Origin: Eledone cirrhosa
Taxonomy: Eukaryota
Assembly: GCA_964016885.1 (NCBI GenBank)
Contig: OZ024740.1
Location: 50,964,001-51,028,000, forward strand
Reading direction: 5' to 3'
DNA length: 64,000 bases
Shown piece by piece: positions 24,871 through 37,050 of the stretch (its first letter is position 1; the number at the start of each line of letters is the position of its first letter). The notes under the pieces are model-generated. The model did no database searches, had not been told where the DNA came from, and worked only from the letters and a program-made list of their open reading frames with translations. A program made the translations under genes and the position numbers.

Positions 24871-27571
24871 GCCCCGCGCTATAAAAGACAGATTCTACGA
24901 GACACTGATGCTCGCTACCTCCCAAATAACCGACAGTGACTATATAGTTATTGCAGGCGACCTAAATGGTCACGTTGGACAACATTGTGACGGCTATGAC
25001 GGAATCAATGGAGGCTATGGGTTCGGTACTAAAAATGAGGAAGGCTCCAGAATCCTGGAATTCTGCGACGCAAATAACTTAACTATCTGTAACACTAACT
25101 TCAAAAAACGAGACAATCACTTGATCACCTATAGATCGGGGGAACACACAAGCCAGGTAGATTATATCCTTACCAGAAGACGTGACAGAGTGTCTGTTGT
25201 TAACACTAAATCCCACCCCCATGAAGAATTCACCTCCCAACATAGACTGATAATTAGCGACCTCATAGTCAGGACGAGACGTACTAGACAGCGAAAGAGG
25301 ACTATCCTCAGGAGAAAAATATGGAAGCTAAAGGACCCCATAGCCAGAAATAAATTTCAAAGCAAATTACTTGACGCTTTCGACAGTAAGGAAGAGCAAT
25401 TAGAGTCGTATAATATAGAGGAACAGTGGGAATTCCTGAGAGCAAACCTGCTGACGGCGGCAGACGAAGTCTGTGGCTGGAGCAGGCCTGTAGGTAGGAG
25501 GAGAGTAACATGGTGGTGGAACAGTAAGGTGGAGGAGTCAATTAAGGCCAAAAAGCAGGCTTGGAAAGTATGGCGGGATGGGGGAAGTAGAAAAGACTAT
25601 CAAGTGGCCAGGAGGGAAGCTAGGAGACAAGTGTACTTCGCAAGAAGGGAAGCAGAGGAAAGAAAGTTCAAGCATGTTCTACAACATGAGGACCAAAAAC
25701 GTGAGGTGTTCAGGATTGCCAGGCAATGTGTCAAGGAAAACCGTGATATTGTCGGGGAGAAGTGTGTACTTAACGATGATGGCATACTTGCCATCACCGA
25801 CGCTGATAAGAAGGTAGCTTGGAAGTGTCACTACGAAAGGCTTCTAAATGAGGAGAACAAATGGGAGAAAGACAGTCTCCCCCAGATCGATCCAATAGAG
25901 GGACCAGCAGTGTTAGTTGAAGGTAGTATAATAAGTAAGGCAATCAAAGATATGAAGACGGGTAAGGCGGCTGGGCCATCGGAAATAGTTGCTGAGATGC
26001 TGAAGGCATCTGGTTCGGTGGGACACACCATGGTCACCCGGATAGTTAACCAAGTCGTACAGAATGGGGTTGTTCCGAAGGAATGGCGTAGCAGCATCAT
26101 CGTTAACTGCTATAAGGGAAAAGGAGATGCCCTAAATAGGAGTAACTATAGAGGCATTAAATTAATCGACCAGGTCATGAAGGTCACGGAAAAAGTAATA
26201 GCGCAACTAATCAGAGAGAGAATTGATCTAGATGAAATGCAGTTCGGGTTTGTGTCAGGCAAAAGTACCACAGACGCTCTTTTCATTGTACGACAACTAC
26301 AGGAGAAGTACCTAGCTAAAAGTAAACCCCTATACTTAGCTTTTGTCGACTTGGAGAAAGCCTTCGACAGAGTCCTCCGTTCCATTATCTGGTGGTCTCT
26401 TAGAAAACTAGGTGTTGACGAATGGCTTGTGAGAGCTATACAAGCCATGTATAAAGAAACAGTCAGTAAGGTTAGAATTAACAACGAATATAGTGAAGAG
26501 TTTAGTGTAAAAGTTGGTGTCCATCAGGGCTCTGTACTTAGCCCCCTACTATTTATTATTGCCCTTCAGGCTATAACAGAGGAGTTCAAGACCGGCTGCC
26601 CATGGGAACTCCTATACGCAGATGATCTAACGCTCATAGCTGAATCAATGACCGAACTAGAGAAGAAATTCCAAACGTGGAAGCACGGCCTAGAATCAAA
26701 AGGCCTTAAAATTAACCTGGCTAAGACTAAAGTTCTAGTTTGTAGGAAAGAAAATAAGGCGGCGGTCCCATCGGGGAAATGGCCATGCTCAGTGTGTAGG
26801 AAAGGCGTAGGTAGAAACTCCATTTTATGTCCCAAATGCAAAGTATGGGTGCATAAAAGATGTAGTGGGATCACAGGTAAGCTAACTAAGAACATAGATT
26901 TTACATGTGGCCGGTGCTCTGGTGCAATAAGTAGCAGCAAGTGCCCACAAAATACTAGCTCCTTCAACTGCGCAGAGGGTTCTATAGAAATAGTGGACAG
27001 CTTCCGTTATCTGGGTGACAAAATCAGCAGTGGGGGAGGGTGCTCTGAAAGTACAGTAGCTAGAGTCAGAACTGGATGGAAAAAGTTCAGAGAGCTTATA
27101 CCACTATTAGCCGCTAGAGGGTTCTCCCTAAAAATGAAAGGCAGGTTATACGATGCCTGCATACGAACAGCAATGCTGCATGGCAGTGAGACCTGGGCAT
27201 TGTGTGCAGAGGATATACGCAGACTAGAGAGGAACGAAGCTTGCATGCTCCGCTGGATGTGCAATAGTAATATACGTGAACGGCAAAGCATAAACGAACT
27301 AAGGAAAAAATTAGAAATAAGAGGGATCAGATGTTGTTTACTCGAGAGAAGGCTACGTTGGTACGGTCACGTGATGCGCATGAAAGACGACAGCTGTATA
27401 ACAAAGTGCAGGGCAATAAAGATAGACGGTAGCCACGGAGTAGGCAGACCCAGAAAAACATGGGACGAGCTGATAAATTCCGACCTCACACGCTTACACC
27501 TCTCCAAGACAATGTCACTGGACCGAGACCTTTGGCGGTACTCAGTAATAGAGAAGACCCGCCTTACCTAA
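24869..27571 (+). CDS. RTE ORF: partial APE endonuclease, RT and C4HC3 PHD-like finger
   Basis: AGDLNGHVG, QVDYIL, SQHRL (APE); NYRGIKL, DLEKAFD, QGSVLSP, YADD (RT); CSVC...CPKC..WVH..C...CGRC. The ATG at 24869 is a chance product of the (TA)n junction. Confidence 0.85.
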
Positions 27572-27943
27572 ATACAAAGTAAAAACCTACTACAGTCAGT
27601 AGGCACCTCTATCAAAACACACCCCCGTCCCACCACCTCCACCCCACCCACACCGCCCCTTTCAATGTAAAGTTATGTTGGTCCCACAACATCCAGGCCG
27701 AAACAAATGAGATCGTGTAGGTGTCACGACAAAAAACACACAGTCCACGCTGTAAATGTGGCCGTGTAGGCAACACGGTAAAAACCTCCCAGCCCCACAC
27801 TGTAAATGTGGTTGGTGTTAGGAAGGGCATCCAACTGTAGAAAACCCGCCAGACAGTCCTATGCGAGCAAGACAACCACTCTTGCCTCAAGTGGGAAAAC
27901 CCCCGTCCAAACCCATGCAAGCGTGGAACACGGACGCTAAACC

Positions 27944-27973
<30 letters not shown>
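24871..27973 (+). mobile_element. Young RTE-clade LINE, 5'-truncated within APE; 3'UTR and (GAT)n tail
   Basis: Uninterrupted frame to the stop at 27571; starts directly after (TA)n and its tail runs into (TA)n. Confidence 0.95.
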
Positions 27974-27974
<1 letters not shown>

Positions 27975-27992
27975 ATATATATATATACATAC

Positions 27993-28037
<45 letters not shown>

Positions 28038-28113
28038 CATATATAGATATATATATATACATACATACATATATATATATACATACATACATATATATAT
28101 ATATATACATACA

Positions 28114-28445
28114 TATGGCTTAGTGGTTAGAGCATTGGCCTTGCAATCGAAAGGTTGTGAGTTCAATTCTCAGACCAGGTGATGTGTTGTTTCCTTGAGC
28201 AAGACACTTTATTTCACATTGCTCCAGTTTACTCAGCTGTAGAAATGAGATGATAGGGACTGTGGTCCATATCATTCCACTGCAAAGTGGTCGTGGAGGT
28301 GCCACGGCAAAAAAGCACCCAGCACTCACTGTAAATGAGGTTGGTGTTAGGAAGGGCATCCAGCTGTGGAAATCAAGCCAGCATCAGTTCCCGTCTCACC
28401 CTTGCAAGTAGGGAAAAAGCGGACGTAAAATGAAATGATGATGAT
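28114..28445 (+). mobile_element. SINE family S2
   Basis: tRNA-like head, gatagggac..gtccatatc hairpin, RTE-derived tail, flanked by (TA)n. Confidence 0.85.
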
Positions 28446-28741
28446 ATATATATATATATATATACATACTTACATACATATATATATATATACATACATA
28501 TATATATATATATACATACATATATATGTATATATACATACATACATACATCATCATCATCATCATCATCATCGTTTAACGTCCGTGTTCCATGCTTGCA
28601 TATGTATGTATGTATATATATATATATATACATATATATACATACATACATATATATATACATACATATATATATACATACATACATATATATATATATA
28701 CATACATATATATATACATACATATATATATACATATATAT

Positions 28742-28776
<35 letters not shown>

Positions 28777-28853
28777 CATACATACATATATATATACATA
28801 CATACATACATACATATATATATACATATAGATAGATATACATACATACATAT

Positions 28854-28909
<56 letters not shown>

Positions 28910-28912
<3 letters not shown>

Positions 28913-31032
28913 GCTTGGGAGTGTCACTATGAAAGGCTACTAAATGAGGAGAATAAATGGGAGAAAGACAGTCTCCCCCACATCGACCCAATAGAGGTTA
29001 GTCGAGGGGAGTATAATAAGTAAGGCAATCAAGGATATGAAGACGGGTAAGGCGGCTGGGCCTTCGGAAATAGTTGCTGAGATGGCACGGTGGGACACAC
29101 CATGGTCACCTGCATAGTTAACCAAGTCGTACAGAATGGGGTTGTTCCGAAGGACTGGCATAGCAGCACCATCGTTAACTGTTATAAGGGTAAAGGAGAT
29201 GCCCTAGATAGGAGTAACTATAGAGGCATTAAATTAATCGACCAGGTCATGAAGGTCACGGAAAAAGTAATAGCGCAACTAATCAGAGAGAGAATTGACC
29301 TAGATGAAAGGCAGTTCGGGTTTGTGTCAGGCAAAAGTACCACAGACGCTCTTTTCATTGTACGACAACTACAGGAGAAGTACCTAGCTAAAGGTAAACC
29401 CCTCTACTTAGCTTTTTTGTCGACTTGGAGAAAGCCTTCGACAGAGTCCCCCGCTCCATTATCTAGTGGGCTCTTAGAAAACTAGGGGTTGACGAATTGT
29501 GAGAGCTATACAAGCCATGTATAAAGAAACAGTCAGCAAGGTTAGAATTAACAACGAATATAGTGAAGAGTTTAGCGTAAAAGTTGGCGTCCATCAGGGC
29601 TCTGTTCTCAGCCCCCTACTATTTATTATTGCCCTTCAGGCTATAACAGAGGAGTTCAAGACCGGCTGCCCATGGGAACTCCTATACGCAGACGACCTAA
29701 CACTCATAGCTGAATCAATGGCCGAGCTAGAGAAGAAATTCCAAACATGGAAGCACGGCCTAGAATCAAAAGGACTTAAAATTAACCTGGCTAAGACTAA
29801 AGTTCTAGTTTGTAGGAAAGAAAATAAGGCGGCGGTCCCTTCTGGGAAATGGCCATGCTCAGTGTGTAGGAAAGGCGTAGGTAGAAACTCCATTTTATGT
29901 CCCAAATGCAAAGTATGGGTGCATAAAAGATGTAGTGGGATCACAGGTAAGCTAACTAAGAACATAGATTTTACATGTGGCCGGTGCTCTGGTGCAATAA
30001 GTAGCAGCAAGTGCCCACAAAATACTAGCTCTTTCAATTGCGCAGAGGGTTCTATAGAAATAGTGGACAGCTTCCGTTACCTGGGCGACAAAATCAGCAG
30101 TGGGGGAGGGTGCTCTGAAAGTACAGTAGCTAGAGTCAGAACTGGTTGGAAAAAGTTCAGAGAGCTTATACCACTATTAGCTGCTAAAGGGTTCTCCCTA
30201 AAAATGAAAGGCAGGTTGTATGATGCCTGCATATGAACAGCAATGTTGCATGGCAGTGAGACCTGGGCATTGTGTGCAGAGGATATACGCAGACTAGAGA
30301 GGAACGAAGCTTGCATGCTCCGCTGGATGTGTAACAGTAATATACGTGAACGGCAAAGCATAACCGAACTAAGGAAAAAATTGGAAATAAGAGGGATCAG
30401 ATGTTGTTTACTCGAGAGAAGGCTACGTTGGTATGGACACGTGATGCGCATGAAAGTCGATAGCTGTATAACAAAGTGCAGGGCAATAAAGATAGACGGT
30501 AGCCACGGAATAGGCAGACCTAGAAAAACCTGGGACGAGCTGATAAACTCCGACCTCACACACTTACACCTCTCCAAGACAATGTCACTGGACCGAGACC
30601 TTTGGCGGTACTCAGTAACAGAGAAGACCCGCCTTACCTAAATACATAGTAAAACCTACTACAGCCAGTAGGCATCTCTAACAAAATACACCCCGTCCCA
30701 CCACCCACACCCCATCCACACAGCCCCCTTCTATGTAAAGTTATGTTGGTGCCACACCATCCAGGCCGAAACAAATGAGATCGTGTAGGTGTCACGACAA
30801 AAAAACACACAGTCCACGCTGTAATGTGGCCGTGTAGGCAACACGGTAAAAACCTCCCAGACCCACACTGTAAATGTGGTTGGTGTTAGGAAGGGCATCC
30901 AACTGTAGAAAACCTGCCAGACAGTCCTATGCGAGCAAGACAATCACTCTTGCCTCAAGTGGGAATACTCCCGTCCAAACCCATGCAAGCGTGGAACATG
31001 GACGTTAAACGATGATGATGATGATGATGATA
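28910..31032 (+). mobile_element. Second PHD-RTE copy, 5'-truncated, with frameshifts and a stop
   Basis: ORF pieces 29090-29485, 29499-30236 and 30243-30641 are nearly identical to the 24871 copy. Confidence 0.93.
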
Positions 31033-31045
31033 TATATATATACAT

Positions 31046-31106
31046 ATAGGAACAAGTAAGACCCCGACGGCTTGAGCTCAGCCGTCGGGGTCTTACTTGT
31101 TCCTAT
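31046..31106. repeat. Perfect 27-bp stem, 7-nt loop palindrome
   Basis: ataggaacaagtaagaccccgacggct-tgagctc-agccgtcggggtcttacttgttcctat. Confidence 0.9.
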
Positions 31107-31299
31107 TACCCACTCTACTATCCTAAGTATTGAGTACTTTGGTGCGTTATGGTCCACCTGGTTCCTTACCACATTTCCTTCGTTATATATACATATAGAT
31201 AGATATACATACATACATATATACATACATACACACATACATATATATATATATATTATATATATACATATAGATAGATATACATACATACATATATAC

Positions 31300-31344
<45 letters not shown>

Positions 31345-31377
31345 GATAGATATACATACATACATATATACATACAT

Positions 31378-31473
31378 TATGGCTGCCCCCTCGTTATCGA
31401 GTATGGCCATTGCACGAGGAGAAAAAAAAATATTAATAAATAAATAGAAAATAAAATAAAATAAAAAAAAGAA

Positions 31474-31507
<34 letters not shown>

Positions 31508-33912
31508 ATATACATATATACACACACATATATATATACATACACACATATACATTAATAACAATAATAATAATAATAATAACAACAATAATAATAACGA
31601 CAGCAACAACAATAATAATATACATATACATATATACACACACACACACACAGATACATAAACATTTCTATACACACACACGATAGCAACTAACAGCGCT
31701 GCGATCGAATGTGGCTTTTTAGCCCAGCCAATGATCTAAAATGTCTTGCACAGAGTCGGCAACCAAAACATTTACTGGGAATAGTCAGCTGTGGTTGGAG
31801 TTTGTGTACTTTTGCATGTCGCTTGAGCCCTCCTGCTGATTTACATTCTCTACCACATGCTTGGCAAGCATGATGAGTAGCATCTCCAACAGCAGCCTGG
31901 TAGTCAACCACTGGTCTTACTTTATGACTGCGAAGATGACTTTCGAGTCCAGCTTTGCTTAGGCAGAGTCTCGCACATACACTGCATGTCAGCACCATAG
32001 GAGGACCCTCGCCGTCTGGAAGTGCAACAGCAATGCCCTTCCTCACATCCCGCTTTACTGTCTCGTATGCGATTCGAGATGCCTCAAAGGCAACTTTTCC
32101 CTCATATACAGTCTTTCTCCATTTATTACGATCAGCAGCAATATTTTCCCATGTATCAGCAGAGATGTTAGCATCTTTCAAAGAGGCTTTCAAGGAATCC
32201 TTATACCTCTTTTTTGGTTTATGTGGCGGTCGTTTTCCTTTAACCAACTCTCCATAAAAGAGTTGTTTTGGTGTTCTAGAATCCTTCATCCTGGCAAGGT
32301 GACCACTCCAACGGAGTCGTTGCTTAAGCACAAGAGCTTCTATACTGTCACACATAGAGCTTTCCAGAATCTCGACATCACTGATGTGGTCCCTCCAGTG
32401 AATGCCATGGATCCGTCTGAGACACATCTGATGGAAACGCTCCAATTGCTTAAGGTGGTGTCGACATGTGACCCAGGTCTCGCAGGCATAAAGAAGACAA
32501 GAGAGCACACATGCCTTGTACACCTTTACCTTTGTCCCCCTGCATATGTCTCGCCGACCCCAGAGTCGCCTTTCTAGCTTTCCGAAAGCATCACTTGCTT
32601 TCCTAATCCTAAGTGAGATTTCACTGTCAAGGTTGCTGTATCGATTGACAGTGCTTCCCAGGTAGACAAACTGATCAACCACTCCAAGTCGTTTACCATA
32701 CACATAGATATTTGGTTCAGTGTACTGCTTACCAGGGGCAGGTTGGTACATGACGACGGTTTTCTTGAGACTGACAGTCAATCCTAGAGCAGTGCAAGCA
32801 TCAGAAAATGCATTCAAAATGTGCTGCATATCACTCTCTGTGTGCGCTACAAGATCGCAATCATCTGCATACAAGAGGTCTCTTATTATTGATGTAAATA
32901 CTTTTGTCTTTGCAGCAAAGCGCCTGATGTTAAATATGCTGCCTGAGGTTCGATATCGGATGTAAACACCATGCTCGCAATTCCTGAATGCAATACAGAA
33001 AACCATTGCAAGGTATATGGCAAACAGGGTCGGTGCTGGAATATCCTCCTGTTTCACTCCATTTTTTACTGAGATAGGCTCCGACATGTTACCTCTGACA
33101 TTAACCCAAGCCCTCATGTTGTCATGGAAAGACCTAACTAAAGCAAGGAACTTATCAGGGCAACCAAGTTTCTGGAGAACCTTCCATAATGCATCTCTGT
33201 TAACAGTATCGAAAGCTTTTGTCAGATCGACAAAAACCTGATACAGATCCAAACCTTGTTCCATGCACTTCTCCTGGAGCTGTCTAGCTGAGAAGATCAT
33301 ATCAGTAGTGCCGCGTCCAGCACGAAAACCAGATTGACTTTCAGGAAGAACACAATCTGCAATGTGTGTCAGCAGACGGTCCAGAAGCACCCTACATAAA
33401 ACTTTCCCTACGACAGAAAGCAATGATATACCTCTATAGTTCCCACAATCGTTCCTGTTACCCTTTCCCTTGTACAAGACCACCATTACTGCATCTCTCC
33501 AGTCCTCAGGTACGGATTCATTAGCCCATATCCTGCCAAACAAAGAGTGAAGATGTTGCAGGAGTCTCTCACCACCATATTGTAGGAGCTCAGCATGTAT
33601 GCCATCCATACCTGGAGATCTTCCACTGTTCAGCTTTGAGATAGCCAGTGCAACCTCCACAAGCGTCGGAGGTTCTGCGAGAGCTACTTTCACAGGACTT
33701 TCTGGAATGAGATTGAGGAAATCTTCACTGACGACAGATGGCTGATTCAAAAGCTCCTGAAAGTGCTCTCGCCACCTTCGTAGAATTCCTTGTGAGTCAC
33801 GAAGAAGTTCTTTGCCATCCCTGCTGCGAAGCGGTGTCACCAGAGAAGAAGATGGTCCATAAACCTCACGCAAGAGACTGTACAACAGCTTTGTGTTATT
33901 GGAATCTGACGC
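31378..33912 (-). mobile_element. RTE-BovB-like LINE, 5'-truncated, with microsatellite-filled 3'UTR
   Basis: ORF 33912-31690. The putative terminus ggccatactcgataacgagggggcagccata + (ATGT)n at 31378-31415 resembles the ends of copies A and B. Confidence 0.8.
31690..33912 (-). CDS. RTE-BovB-like RT with three C-terminal C2H2-type zinc fingers
   Basis: NYRGISLLS, DLTKAFD, YADD, LRWSGH. Fingers CSVC..HLRSH, CQAC..HAKVH, CRLC..HIRSQRC. The QG motif reads QE. Confidence 0.85.
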   Translation of the reverse strand, partial: ASDSNNTKLLYSLLREVYGPSSSLVTPLRSRDGKELLRDSQGILRRWREHFQELLNQPSVVSEDFLNLIPESPVKVALAEPPTLVEVALAISKLNSGRSPGMDGIHAELLQYGGERLLQHLHSLFGRIWANESVPEDWRDAVMVVLYKGKGNRNDCGNYRGISLLSVVGKVLCRVLLDRLLTHIADCVLPESQSGFRAGRGTTDMIFSARQLQEKCMEQGLDLYQVFVDLTKAFDTVNRDALWKVLQKLGCPDKFLALVRSFHDNMRAWVNVRGNMSEPISVKNGVKQEDIPAPTLFAIYLAMVFCIAFRNCEHGVYIRYRTSGSIFNIRRFAAKTKVFTSIIRDLLYADDCDLVAHTESDMQHILNAFSDACTALGLTVSLKKTVVMYQPAPGKQYTEPNIYVYGKRLGVVDQFVYLGSTVNRYSNLDSEISLRIRKASDAFGKLERRLWGRRDICRGTKVKVYKACVLSCLLYACETWVTCRHHLKQLERFHQMCLRRIHGIHWRDHISDVEILESSMCDSIEALVLKQRLRWSGHLARMKDSRTPKQLFYGELVKGKRPPHKPKKRYKDSLKASLKDANISADTWENIAADRNKWRKTVYEGKVAFEASRIAYETVKRDVRKGIAVALPDGEGPPMVLTCSVCARLCLSKAGLESHLRSHKVRPVVDYQAAVGDATHHACQACGRECKSAGGLKRHAKVHKLQPQLTIPSKCFGCRLCARHFRSLAGLKSHIRSQRC

Positions 33913-34082
33913 ACATACATACATACATACATACATACATATGTTTATGTATATGTATATTTCTCATCACCATTTTACATGTATTTTCTATGCTTGGGTG
34001 GGTTACATATGTCATATTCTGAGGCTAGATAGGTCATAGGGCTGTGTTTTGTTGTTATGTTATGTTCTTGCATGGCTTCTTA

Positions 34083-34388
34083 TGTACAAAGACATAAACA
34101 TATGATATACATTAGGTATAGGCTTTGTCATAATGTGTCTGGTCTACAAAGACATATATATATGATATGCATTTGGTATAGGACAAGAGATATATCATAA
34201 TGTGGCTGGTCTAAAAAGACATAGATATATGATATAATTAGGTATAGGACTTGTCCCAATGTGATTGGTGTACAAAGATATAAGCATATGATATACATAA
34301 GTATAGGATGAGAGATATGTCATAATGTGACTGGTGTACAGACATAAACATATATACATTAGGTATAGGACAATAGACCTGTCATAAC
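34083..34388. repeat. Degenerate tandem repeat of about 57-65 bp, about 5 copies
   Basis: gtacaaagacataaacatatgatatacattaggtatagg...gtcataatgtg; a lone unit also occurs at about 36410-36468. Confidence 0.75.
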
Positions 34389-35216
34389 AGACACACTAGA
34401 AGATGTCGTGAAATTAAAGGAAAATCTAGAAAACAACTCCATACTCAAATGAAACATCTATAACAATACAAATAAAATGCCTAACAACACAATAACTACA
34501 TTTCTAGGTATAAACATTCAAATAGAAGACAACACAGCCATCTCATTCATTTACATAATCATTTCTAGGGTGGTATTTGGCCTAATTGTCACCTAGCTTA
34601 ACACCACCACTACGACCTTGGGTGCCTTTGGAAGACTCCATTCTGTTGAAAGCATTCAAGCCAGGTCTCTGGTTTGAGGATACCTTCCTTCTTCACCGCA
34701 CTAGTTTTGCTGGTCTCTGAAAATGGCTATGACACTGTCTTTGTTCGTCCTTTTAATGTCTGCTTTCCTTGTTAGCAAGAGTTCTTCTTGATTAAACGAT
34801 AAGAAAAAATATGTATCTATTTCACAACTTCGTCTAGCACATGTGCAGCATTGAGTGATGTGTGCAAGCAGCTGATGCCATTTACACTTAAAAGTCACAA
34901 TCTTTTCTCATATTTATGTCAACTTGCTTTCTTCTAACATTCCCCACTAATAGCATTAGATTGACCATTCTGTTGCAATGTAATCACTACCAGTGGTTTC
35001 CAGTTGCAAAGTCATTCCCTTCCATTTATATTTTAAAAAAGAAAGAAATAACAAACTCTTTATTATTTTTCTCAATGGCTAGAAGGAATAAAATCTTTAT
35101 AAACAATGTTTATATATACATGTACATACTATACTTACACACACACGTACATTGTTAAATGAGTGTGTGTGTGTGCATATATATATATATATATAAATAT
35201 ATATAGATATAGACAT

Positions 35217-35375
35217 ATGTGGTTGGTGTTAGGAAGGGCATCCAACTGTAGAAAACCCGCCAGACAGTCCTATGCGAGCAAGACAACCACTCTTGCCTCA
35301 AGTGGGAAAACCCCCGTCCAAACCCATGCAAGCGTGGAACACGGACACTAAACCTGATGATGATGATGATGATGA
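35217..35375 (+). mobile_element. RTE 3' end only
   Basis: Near-identical to 27807-27970; flanked by (TA)n. Confidence 0.85.
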
Positions 35376-35583
35376 TATATATATATATATATATATATCA
35401 GATCAGAGCAAACATCACGGACGCTCTATCTCAAAATTATTTTTGAAAAGCATTAGAAATGCGCAACCGGTAAAACTTAAAACCAAAACTGAATACTAAC
35501 CAATACAATTACTAATTCTCACTTATTCCTAATTAAACTATTTTTCACTGTGAACAATTTGTCAGCATTTTCTATTCCGTTTA

Positions 35584-35669
<86 letters not shown>

Positions 35670-35699
35670 CATACAAACACACTAGTCCATCTTAATTTA

Positions 35700-36775
35700 T
35701 GTTGCCTAGCCAAGCTAAGTTACTTCACCCAGTAAGCCAGCTCAGACCAGCCAGGCCTGCCCTGTTCAATATTGCCAACCTGACTAGGACAGGCCATTTT
35801 AGTCAGCTAAGCCATCAACTCAGCTCTGGTAGGCCAGTCAGTTTTGCTTGAACAACTCTTCTCAAATAGCCTGGTTAACTCTACTCAACTAACACAGCCA
35901 GACCTGATCAACTAAGCTCAGTCAGACAAGCCCCACTCAACCAGATTGATCTCAGTCAAGCCAGTTCAGTTCAACCATCTGACGAGGTCACATTAGCTCA
36001 ACCAGCTCAGCTCGACGAATTATGTCTGACTAGCTTAACCCTTACCTTAACACTATCCTTGCCCCTAATTCTAACCCTAACTTTCAACCTATACCTAAAC
36101 CTAACCCTATCCTGAACTTAACTATAAGCTCTAAACCTAACCCTTAACCATAAACATAATTCTAACTTAACCTTACCTCTTTAACATTCTAGCCAGGTCA
36201 TTTCAGCTTAAGCAGTCAGCAAATTTCAGTCAGCTCGGATAGCTAACCCATTCCAGAAAACTTAGTCTAGTTAGCCAGGCCAGGTTAACTCGGCTCAGCC
36301 TACCTTGCTAGGTCGGCTTATATTGGATAGCCCAATCAGGCCACGTCATCTCAATAGGCCAGGTAAGCTCATATCAGACACCCTGGGCAAGGTCATAAAC
36401 AAATGGGCATGGGACAATATATTTGTCATAATGTGACTAGTGTACAAATTTATAAACATATGATATACTGCCAGCTCAGCTCAGTCAGTCTGACCTAGTC
36501 CAGCTCATCTAGGTTAGTTTATCTTGGATAACCCAGCCAGGACAACTCATTTCAGACTACCTGGCCAGATCAAAGAAACCAAGTCAGTTCAGTCAGACCA
36601 GGCTAATTTAGTCAGCCAAGGCCAGGTTAACTTCGGTAAGTCATGCCAGCTCAGTTCAGCTAAACTGAACTGGCTAAGAATTCAGCATAGCTGAATACAT
36701 TCAACCAACAGATCCAAGTTAGCTTAAGCTTTTGCCCAGACAAGCTCAGGCCACCTAGCCAGCCACAGCTTGTTA
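35700..36775. repeat. Degenerate pentamer-like (CAGCT/CTAGC/CCAGC) tract with an internal telomere-like (TAACCC)n stretch at about 36035-36180
   Basis: Direct reading, e.g. ctaaccctaactttcaacctatacctaaacctaaccctatcc. Confidence 0.6.
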
Positions 36776-36789
36776 TCCAATTGTAGATA

Positions 36790-37050
36790 TGAATGGAAGG
36801 AATGCAGCAGGACAATCAGAGATAGCCTCTGATATTTGGCGAAGTAGAATTGAAGCTAGTCACAGCTAGAAATTAAGTACTACAGGAAGGTATCATATAC
36901 AGTGACTTGTGCTGCAGTATCATCCTCAACTGAAATCAGAGAAATGCAGATGCTCTATGAAGAAGATACTATAGAAGTATCAAGCAGATGAATCAAGTTT
37001 ATAATGAGAATTAGATTAGATGAGATGAGAGGTATTTCTTTTGCTGTGAG
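36790..37050 (+). mobile_element. Highly degraded RTE RT fragment
   Basis: MNGRNAAGQSEIASDI...SIILN...DAL.RRYYRSIKQMNQV aligns by eye to MKTGKAAGPSEIVAEM...SIIVNCYKGKGDALNRSNYRGIKLIDQV. Confidence 0.6.

Noticed and set aside
26566-27291. Antisense ORFs over the RTE and CR1 copies
   Set aside because: Shadow frames of the retrotransposon coding strand, repeated only because the copies are near-identical.
34388-34535. Possible Penelope RT remnant (LKENLENNSILK...FLGINI)
   Set aside because: Too short and degraded to call.
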